From the IMG/VR virus record IMGVR_UViG_3300044675_007236: a DNA stretch of 64,000 bases; one strand, 5' to 3'. The stretch comes from a virus (lineage: Duplodnaviria > Caudoviricetes). Below the pieces are notes generated by a model, which was not told the origin of the DNA, did not search any database, and saw nothing but the letters and a program-made list of their open reading frames with translations. Position 1 is the first letter of the stretch; each line of letters begins with the position of its first letter. Positions 49,701 through 56,008 of the stretch are shown here, piece after piece. The position numbers and the translations under genes were made by a program.

Positions 49701-51154
49701 ATCGCCGGAACACGTGGAGCATCTTCCTGTTGACTGCCTGGAAACCCAAGCGTTAAATCGGCTACTTCTTGCGGTGTTCTGTAAACCAGTTGCCCGGTCT
49801 TTAGCTCTCTAAACTGAGCGTATAGCTTGCCGTTCTTACCTTTACGCACGCCTCGAGCAAGGTACGTGTCAACACCAACTTTGCCACTTTCCGGTGTCCT
49901 TAAAGGGTCCACGTAACCAAACATACTAGGCTGGACGCTTCTTGCTTCCTTAGGAATAGCATCTGTCGACGGAATACCGCCTTCGCCCAGCCGACTAACC
50001 GATGTAGTTTTGTCGTAAAGTTCAGCCGGGTTAATTTCTTCAATAGCCTGCCCCAGTCCGCTTGTTAGCAAAGCCGAAAGCACTTGTTTACCTAAAGCCG
50101 ACGAGGGCATGCTTTGCAGATTACCTTTCCATGAAGACTTCCATAACAGTTGCCTTCGAATGCCATCTTTATCTCGCTGCAACCTTTCAGCAATCAAATC
50201 TTCTGGCCCCAAGAATTGCTGGTAGGTAAGAGCATCTCGATCGTCCGGGTCAGCCTCATTACGACTAACCTGAACAAGTTTTTTGGTGATATCCAGCAAA
50301 GTATCTAGTGTAATATTTTTGTGCGGTCTGCCGAGTGTTCTAGTGGTTACCTGTGGATCAAGTTCCATGCGTGCAAACTTGTCAATCAGTGCTTGCCGTT
50401 GCTCCACCTCAGAGCCCTGGAGCTCAGTGTTGTTTAGAAACTTCTGTTTTAGCTTTGCGTATTCAGAAGCTGCGTCGTTGTTGTAGTTAGTGGCAAACAA
50501 ATCTTTGCCCCACGCCTCTTTAAGCTGTTCGGGAGTTGCCCCCATGAGCTTTAACAGCGGTGTAAGACCGACTGTACCTTGCCCTACTTTAATCTTGAAA
50601 ACACCTTTTTCTGGGTCTAAAAAGTAGCGGTGCGATACACCTTTGCCGGGCATAACGTTAGCGTGAGATTCTATCTCGCCATTGTCTCGAATACGTGTGT
50701 AGACACCGGGAAGAAGTCTCTGCTGGTTCTTTAGCGTGTACTCGGTACCGTTGTTAATGAACGTACCGCGGTCTGTCAAATGCGGAATCGTGGCTAGCAC
50801 AGCTCGCTTACTGTCTACTACCTGCTGCGTTTCGTTATCTAATAATTCCCAAGTACCTCTAAGCCTTCGGCCAACACTTATCCCGTTTAGAATTGCTTCT
50901 TTTTGCTGCTTTTTACTTACCTTGTCCGGATCAGCATATTCAATGTTCGTAAGTCTTAACGTATGCCTTGCGTTCGAAATAGGCTCAATAGCATTGGCAG
51001 CCGACAGCACGTTGTCGTAAATATTTTTACGCGTCGCGTCGGTATCACCGAACTCACGAAAGTCTAACTCCTCAGGCTTAGGTAAAACCTGAGGAGTCGG
51101 CTGCATCAAGCTCGAAGACGTCGAACCTAGTATGTTCGAATCTATTGGAGACAT
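46715..51154 (-). CDS. rpoBC: RNA polymerase beta subunit fused to the catalytic N-half of beta-prime
   Basis: 1479 aa; beta motifs IPHLTDRGTFINNG, RTPESGKVG, NFEDATVIS, GDKLSGRYGDKGVI, NPLGVVTRTN; beta-prime motifs PVLPPMFRP, SRAPVLHK, GADFDGD (46982-47002). Confidence 0.95.
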   Translation of the reverse strand: MSPIDSNILGSTSSSLMQPTPQVLPKPEELDFREFGDTDATRKNIYDNVLSAANAIEPISNARHTLRLTNIEYADPDKVSKKQQKEAILNGISVGRRLRGTWELLDNETQQVVDSKRAVLATIPHLTDRGTFINNGTEYTLKNQQRLLPGVYTRIRDNGEIESHANVMPGKGVSHRYFLDPEKGVFKIKVGQGTVGLTPLLKLMGATPEQLKEAWGKDLFATNYNNDAASEYAKLKQKFLNNTELQGSEVEQRQALIDKFARMELDPQVTTRTLGRPHKNITLDTLLDITKKLVQVSRNEADPDDRDALTYQQFLGPEDLIAERLQRDKDGIRRQLLWKSSWKGNLQSMPSSALGKQVLSALLTSGLGQAIEEINPAELYDKTTSVSRLGEGGIPSTDAIPKEARSVQPSMFGYVDPLRTPESGKVGVDTYLARGVRKGKNGKLYAQFRELKTGQLVYRTPQEVADLTLGFPGSQQEDAPRVPAMRGGKMLYVPKSQIDLELPAMEEAFNQLSNMIPMKSQVKGQRLVMASRMTTQALPLVDAEAPLVQSAVPGTNGNQSYEELYSKGMGALRAPQAGTVLGVDDNGIRVRYDDGTEDTHELYTNFPFNRKTFVHQTAALNAGDRFNPDQLLAYSNYTDKTGAAALGKNARTAYIAWQGKNFEDATVISESYAKKMSSEHMYQHDLELDDRTISGKNKYISTYPGKYNKQILANIDSSGVIKPGTVVNQGDPLILGLREKETAHNKVHKKGKSAFNDASITWDHNDSGVVTDVVMGKRGPTVVVKMSAPMQIGDKLSGRYGDKGVIADVIPDSQMPHDAEGRPFEVLVNPLGVVTRTNPSQLSELLLGKIAEKRGKPIKVEDFDSSKDMNEWVIQELAKEGLSDLEDIVDPTRERKVKGIATGSRFFMKLHHTAEGKGQSRGGGSYTMEDTPAKGGSEGSKRIGMLDTNALLSHGATATLQDISSVRGQKNDDYWMQFMSGYNPQATKVPYVYQKFVNQLRAAGVNVTKQGTQLNIMALTDKDIDELAGDRELTSAEGVDWGNDLKEVPGGLFDKAKTGGHGGNRWTFIKLHEPMPNPVMEEPIRKILGLTQKKFDSIIAGDENLDGHGSGPAAIQKALKSINLESEINKTRAVIAAGRASERDNAIRKLGYLKSSQKLKLHPSDYMLNKVPVLPPMFRPISMMSNDMPLINDANYLYKELFEANKNLNEIQKAVGADGSGPERLATYQAFRAVTGLGDPISQKSRDKNVQGVLKSVFGSSPKFGTLQRKLISTTVDNVGRAVITPNPDLDMDSVGLPEDKAFKAYEKFVTRRLVRRGMSLREARQQIVDRTDLARSSLLEEMDARPVYISRAPVLHKFGILAMKPRLTKGDTLQVSPLVVKGFGADFDGDAMNYHVPSLEKSVEEAYARLLPSRNLFSMSDFKSVVHAPSNEYVSGLYHATKSKSDRPVKIFRNVADAKRAYSRNEISVDDKIKILEA

Positions 51155-51160
51155 TGAGGT

Positions 51161-52045
51161 TTAAACACTTGCAGGTTCTGAGGAAATTGGAGCAGGAATG
51201 GCGTACAGCTCAGGCGGTTGTGCCATTGCAGCTCGCCTGGCTCGTTCACGCAAAGCTTTATCAAGAATTGCCTTGCGACTGTTCTTTTTCATTTGCTTAT
51301 CGACAACATAGTAACCAAGTGGCAATGTTCCTAAGGTGTAAGCAGCGGCTAGCCCAGCCATTGAGCCAGGAGCATTTTCAAAAAAAGCCGCTTTTTCTGC
51401 TTTTTCTTGCAATCCAGCAAAGGCTTTATCCAAGTTAGCCGACACACTGCCGTCGTTATCGCTAGCAGTCTTATAGCTTCCAAGCAGTGCCGATTCGTAA
51501 TCTCGCTTTGCTTCGTCTAGCTCGGATTCTGTCTGAGCTCGGCGTTGTTTGTCCATCAAAGCGTCAACACCTTTCCAACCGCCATAGAAGGCAAGCGGAA
51601 AACCTAGAAGTGCCGAAGGGATAGTGTAGGGCAATCCGACAGGAGCTGTAGCCCCGGAAAACCAAGAGTTATTAGCTGTGTTTTCTACAGCTCCCTTCTC
51701 AGCATACGGTACGGGCATTTCAACTACACGCCCAGTTCGCTTTCTCTTCCTAGGTGTAGTCGCTTCACCAAGACCGCTAAGCCCACGTAAAGCAGCACCC
51801 CCACCGGCTAAAATAGCCATGCCTTTTAACAGACTGCTTACGGTGTCTTTGTTAAGTTGCGTTGCGTAGGCATTTTGGAAGTCTGTTACTTCCTTAGGGG
51901 CCTTGGCAAACGGATTGAGCGAACTCATGAGCCGAGTGCTACTAGAAACTTGCGGAAGCGGCTTATTTGTATCTAGGCCGCCAAGCAGATCATTCTGAGC
52001 TTCCTTGATTTGAGATAGAAGCTGCTTGGCATCTTTTTCGTTCAT
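51161..52045 (-). CDS. Putative internal/ejection protein with hydrophobic Gly-rich helices
   Basis: 294 aa; KGAV, KTAS, KAAF; three hydrophobic Gly/Ala segments. Confidence 0.55.
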   Translation of the reverse strand: MNEKDAKQLLSQIKEAQNDLLGGLDTNKPLPQVSSSTRLMSSLNPFAKAPKEVTDFQNAYATQLNKDTVSSLLKGMAILAGGGAALRGLSGLGEATTPRKRKRTGRVVEMPVPYAEKGAVENTANNSWFSGATAPVGLPYTIPSALLGFPLAFYGGWKGVDALMDKQRRAQTESELDEAKRDYESALLGSYKTASDNDGSVSANLDKAFAGLQEKAEKAAFFENAPGSMAGLAAAYTLGTLPLGYYVVDKQMKKNSRKAILDKALRERARRAAMAQPPELYAIPAPISSEPASV

Positions 52046-52057
52046 CGTTCACCTTGG

Positions 52058-52420
52058 CTAGCTGCTTGGCATAAGATTTGGCCTACCGTCTTCCAAGAAC
52101 GGTTCAACCCATTCTATGTAAATTCGATACCCATTATCATCCGCTTTAGGCTTGCGATCAATATGAATAAGCTTGAACCAGTCATTAGCTATCGCATCCA
52201 TTACTTGACAGTATACAGCGTTTTGTTCGCTATCTTCTGTGTCAAAAGTACTGTTCTTAAAATCGTTTACGCGACGAATACGATCTTCGTACTCTTCTTC
52301 CTTCAACATCGGAGCTGCTGGCCCACGAAAAGGTAGCCCATCAATATCCGCTCTGTTCCAGTAAACTTCGCCTCGACCGTTGCCGTCTTTGCGATTTAAA
52401 AACTTTACTAAACCGCTCAT
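52058..52420 (-). CDS. Hypothetical protein
   Basis: 120 aa, AAGGAAGG RBS, tight packing. Confidence 0.6.
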   Translation of the reverse strand: MSGLVKFLNRKDGNGRGEVYWNRADIDGLPFRGPAAPMLKEEEYEDRIRRVNDFKNSTFDTEDSEQNAVYCQVMDAIANDWFKLIHIDRKPKADDNGYRIYIEWVEPFLEDGRPNLMPSS

Positions 52421-52429
52421 AACCTTCCT

Positions 52430-52903
52430 TTACATAAAAACACGACCAGATTGCTTGCGATCTTTCTTAAAGCTTCTAGCAGCTTGTTGTCTGCGAAGCT
52501 GCTCAGCCATTCGATGGTACGTATCAGCTAGTTCTTGTTGTTTAGCTTCACCGACATCTTCTTCACTAATGTCTGTAGCTTGATTTTTAAGAACTGCCGC
52601 AACCCCGCCAATAGTTGGCGGGGCAGCTGCAGCCAGTAGGGCAAGCGGAGATAAATCTTTTGCCAAGCCTGTAACATCGCGAACCATGCCAAGGCCAGAT
52701 TTAGCTCCACCAGTTAGAAAACTTGGCACAGAGCTAGCCGCGTTTAAAAGCGTAGAACCAAGGCTTGGAGCCGCTGACGCGAAGGCTTGTTTATCAAAAA
52801 ACTCACTAGCCTGCTTTGATAGCCCGGCTATTTGAGACCCTGACAAACCTTCTTCGACGCAGCGACTAAGAAAACCTAGCTTAAATGCTTCAGCAGGCGA
52901 CAT
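52430..52903 (-). CDS. Putative internal protein (KxA, amphipathic/hydrophobic helices)
   Basis: 157 aa; KQAS, KQAF, then LALLAAAAPPTIGGVAAVL. Confidence 0.55.
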   Translation of the reverse strand: MSPAEAFKLGFLSRCVEEGLSGSQIAGLSKQASEFFDKQAFASAAPSLGSTLLNAASSVPSFLTGGAKSGLGMVRDVTGLAKDLSPLALLAAAAPPTIGGVAAVLKNQATDISEEDVGEAKQQELADTYHRMAEQLRRQQAARSFKKDRKQSGRVFM

Positions 52904-52915
52904 GCTAAACTCCGT

Positions 52916-53308
52916 TTACTCGTTGCCAAGAACTAACTTAGGTACTGATACAGAAACCGGCAATTCGTTTGCTTTTTGCCTTCGAACGTGCGGATCGTCG
53001 GGAGATCCCTGTTCCTTGGCTTTCCTAGCTAAATCAACACCTTGCTCAATAAATCTCATTTGCCTGTCAATCTCGTCCGGGTGTGCAAAGTCTTTGTTAT
53101 CCGATTTGCGACCCTTCGATAGCAGATCGTTAATACCTTGCAGCCGTTCAAGAAACGTTTTAACAGTCATGGCCTGGTATTGACCAGTCCTCGAATCCTC
53201 AAAATGAATGAGGCCACGTTCAGCCCACCAGCGAACTGCCTTAGGTGCCGAACGGGGTCCAAAGAATACGACCCCGTCCGATTTTCCAATAATTGTAGGA
53301 GCATTCAC
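52916..53308 (-). CDS. Hypothetical protein
   Basis: 130 aa, GTG start with AAGG RBS. Confidence 0.55.
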   Translation of the reverse strand: MNAPTIIGKSDGVVFFGPRSAPKAVRWWAERGLIHFEDSRTGQYQAMTVKTFLERLQGINDLLSKGRKSDNKDFAHPDEIDRQMRFIEQGVDLARKAKEQGSPDDPHVRRQKANELPVSVSVPKLVLGNE

Positions 53309-53320
53309 AGCTAAACACCT

Positions 53321-53923
53321 TTAGTAGATAACAAACTCAGCCAGCGCCGCATTCTCAACTATACGCTGTATTTCCTGCGAATCAACAACAGCGTGCGAGT
53401 CATCGCGATCGCAGTCTTGGGGCAAGCACTTGCAAACTCCGTCGCTATATTTAGAACACGGAGTCCAAGGCAGATCAGTAGGCTCAGTAGGCTCAGGCGG
53501 TGCTTTAGGATCAATCGGCACTTTAGGATCGTCGGCTTTCAGCGTAATGGCTGAACGCGTTTGAACGACAATTTCACTCTTGGTAAAGACGGCCAAAACA
53601 GCGTCTGCCCACGAACGTGTCAGCAACAGCAACAACTCTCGCAACGCCTTATCTACAATAGGCTCAAGAAAGTTTGGAACGCCGGTAATGTCAATTGGAG
53701 CGATGATTTCGTCGTAAAACTTAGCTACGGCCAAAACTACCGTGTTTTTACGCTCGTCTTCAGTTCCGATGTTTAAAGAACGAAACAAATTAACAAACGT
53801 AGCCGTCGCTTTACCGACAAGCGTAAAAACTTCTGAGACACTTATCTTGCCGTCGGTTACAACCTTTTTGTATTCGGCAATAACTGTATCAATTGCCAAC
53901 TTCGAATCTTCATACAAACTCAT
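53321..53923 (-). CDS. Hypothetical protein
   Basis: 200 aa helical N-domain, Pro-rich linker, small Cys cluster (CSKY...CKCLPQDC). Confidence 0.55.
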   Translation of the reverse strand: MSLYEDSKLAIDTVIAEYKKVVTDGKISVSEVFTLVGKATATFVNLFRSLNIGTEDERKNTVVLAVAKFYDEIIAPIDITGVPNFLEPIVDKALRELLLLLTRSWADAVLAVFTKSEIVVQTRSAITLKADDPKVPIDPKAPPEPTEPTDLPWTPCSKYSDGVCKCLPQDCDRDDSHAVVDSQEIQRIVENAALAEFVIY

Positions 53924-53934
53924 AACGTTTGCCC

Positions 53935-55059
53935 CTAATTAAAAAGCTTCGGAACCATAGTACCTAGAACACCGGCAACTGTACCGGTTTGACTTAGTAT
54001 ATTCTGTGTCCCCTCTGGCATACCTGTCAACAGCCCAAGGCCTTTTCCAACCATTCTTCCAGCAAAATAACCTTTAATTCCACCGCCAGCTGCCCCCATC
54101 ATCATACCAAAAAGACCTGTCTGGTGTGGCGTGATATTACCGGATACCGCGTTAGGATCTGGCATTTGTGCCGATCCGTAAGCAGCTCCCATGGTCATTG
54201 CTGCAAGCTGTGGACTTACGTTCGCTCCCCAGACTACTCTACCAAGCTCATCCATTTTTACCAACGGCATTTGCTCAAACGACGGCCCTCCAATTGTGCT
54301 GTCGATGGTCGGATGCGGTACGAACGCCATTTTCTGCACGTATGAATCCACGGCAGCTTTAAATTGTGGGCTATACGGCGTGCTATCAGGTTCAAAGCCA
54401 CGCTCGTCTGTATGCCCTTTAAAAAACATCGAATCGTTAAACGGCCTCCTAGCGGCCCAGTTCATCATACCAGGAACCGCACCTATACCAGCTCCTCCAA
54501 GACCACCCAGCAGTGCAAAACGATTTCTAAGCGTTCCTTCTTCCTGTGCCCACTCCGGTAGAAATTGCTCGCCTAACCAACCTGCACCATAACCAAGCCC
54601 GGCTCCAAGTAGTCCGCTGGCAACTGTAGAAGCAATAGGTCTACCGCCAAAACCCGGAATATCCTTGCTTGGAAAGAATTGCAAAGCCTCGCCAAGCCTT
54701 CGCAAAGCAGGAGAGTAGGCTACTTTGACCCACCAATCTTGCAAATCAACCGGTGTAAGCTGACGGTCAAAAGTGTGGCACTCTCCAATCTTAGTTCTCA
54801 GGCATCGCATGCCTGCATCAAACTCCTGCCCGTTAAAAGTCGGTCTAACGTAAATACCGGCTTTCTTTATGCAAGGATTCCAGTAGAAACTAAGATCAGA
54901 CTCCGTAAAAAGGTTACCAACCGCTCGGCGTATTTGCTCGGCAGGTGCAGCACACGCTTTAACTAGATGGTCAATAGTACCTGCGAAGTCCTCATACAGA
55001 CCTAGGTCAAGTGCCTGTTGTGTACTTAGAGCAGGTAGTAGTTCACTGGAATCTGACAC
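53935..55059 (-). CDS. Glycine-zipper-containing putative internal/ejection protein
   Basis: 374 aa; GTG start with GGAGG; KKAG, KVAY, KAAV, KMAF; GLLGAGLGYGAG, LLGGLGGAGIG, MMMGAAGGG. Confidence 0.6.
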   Translation of the reverse strand: MSDSSELLPALSTQQALDLGLYEDFAGTIDHLVKACAAPAEQIRRAVGNLFTESDLSFYWNPCIKKAGIYVRPTFNGQEFDAGMRCLRTKIGECHTFDRQLTPVDLQDWWVKVAYSPALRRLGEALQFFPSKDIPGFGGRPIASTVASGLLGAGLGYGAGWLGEQFLPEWAQEEGTLRNRFALLGGLGGAGIGAVPGMMNWAARRPFNDSMFFKGHTDERGFEPDSTPYSPQFKAAVDSYVQKMAFVPHPTIDSTIGGPSFEQMPLVKMDELGRVVWGANVSPQLAAMTMGAAYGSAQMPDPNAVSGNITPHQTGLFGMMMGAAGGGIKGYFAGRMVGKGLGLLTGMPEGTQNILSQTGTVAGVLGTMVPKLFN

Positions 55060-55139
55060 GTTAAGTCCTCCAGCGTATAGCTTAGCTAATATCCCTGGGA
55101 AAAAGCTAGATTAACACTATTGCAAGTTGTAAGCCTTCC

Positions 55140-55174
55140 AAACCAGTTGTTAAGTATTACTTAACAACTGGTTT
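55140..55174. repeat. Perfect 17-bp inverted repeat (35-bp near-palindrome)
   Basis: AAACCAGTTGTTAAGTA-T-TACTTAACAACTGGTTT, overlapping the Lar stop codon. Confidence 0.9.
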
Positions 55175-55358
55175 GTTTCCTTTCGTCCCAGCGTTTAGCA
55201 GCTTTCTCTATTGTTTTGGCAGTCGGCCCACATGCACCACATTTAGTACAAGCAGCCGAATAACCGCTTTCACCAAGCACGAACACAAAGCAGAGCGGAT
55301 GGGTATCGGCTGTGCTGCAAAACGGACACGGTTTTCTGTATATCTTTGTTTTTTTCAC
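55161..55358 (-). CDS. lar: Lar-family restriction alleviation protein
   Basis: 65 aa; KPCPFC...CTKCGACGP...AAKRWDER matches the Lar zinc-ribbon pattern. Confidence 0.75.
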   Translation of the reverse strand: MKKTKIYRKPCPFCSTADTHPLCFVFVLGESGYSAACTKCGACGPTAKTIEKAAKRWDERKQTSC

Positions 55359-55382
55359 ATTAATTACGCTTTTAGGAAGGCG

Positions 55383-55835
55383 TTAAAACGACGGTGTTAC
55401 TAGATAATCAGCGTCCACCCAGGTTATGTCTCCGCTCTCTCTAGATCTTACGCGACATTTACCCGGATAGGGACACTCCAATATGTATACTTCTTGCCCG
55501 TCCCAGTACTTGTTGCCTGTGTTTCTAACAACGTACGGAATCGATCCTATTATTGCCCCTAACGCCGCAGGGGTAGAAAGTGTGGAGACTGCAGCTTTCC
55601 TGGCTTCTTCGATAGCCGCGTCTTCAACTTCTTGACACCAAGCCTTAGCCGCAGCAAGCGTTTCAAAAGACTCTTTCCGGTCGGTAAGTTCTGCTGATGA
55701 CTTTTCAACAGAAAAAAGACCAGCATCGTTTACGAAAATAACCCACTCAAAAGGTGTTCCGTCGTCATGAATTGCAGAATAAGCGGCCCAATTGAGCTCA
55801 TCAAAGTCGTTCGCCCAAAATTTCCAATCAAGCAT
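55383..55835 (-). CDS. Hypothetical protein
   Basis: 150 aa downstream of a canonical promoter; AAGGG RBS. Confidence 0.65.
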   Translation of the reverse strand: MLDWKFWANDFDELNWAAYSAIHDDGTPFEWVIFVNDAGLFSVEKSSAELTDRKESFETLAAAKAWCQEVEDAAIEEARKAAVSTLSTPAALGAIIGSIPYVVRNTGNKYWDGQEVYILECPYPGKCRVRSRESGDITWVDADYLVTPSF

Positions 55836-55873
55836 AACGTTACCCTTTCAAAAGAAAAAAATAAACTTGCATG

Positions 55874-55902
55874 ACTATAACCAGCAATCAAAATTGCGTC
55901 AA
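55874..55902 (-). promoter_or_regulatory. Host sigma70-type promoter
   Basis: TTGACG - 17 nt - TATAGT, right after a terminator. Confidence 0.8.
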
Positions 55903-55910
55903 CTACTGAA

Positions 55911-55950
55911 ATAAAAACGAAAACACCCTGTGTTAGAGCACAGGGTGTTT
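55911..55950 (-). terminator. Rho-independent terminator after ribonucleotide reductase
   Basis: 12-bp perfect stem AAACACCCTGTG/CACAGGGTGTTT, 6-nt loop, T-rich tail. Confidence 0.85.
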
Positions 55951-56008
55951 AAACGCGACCGGAAACTTTCCAATCCCTTGCGATACGCCAACTAGTAGGT
56001 ACCTAGAC

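Noticed and set aside
55951-56008. tRNA or cobalamin riboswitch near nrdJ
   Set aside because: No cloverleaf, T-loop or B12-box consensus in the flanking gaps (55951-56008, 58310-58421)
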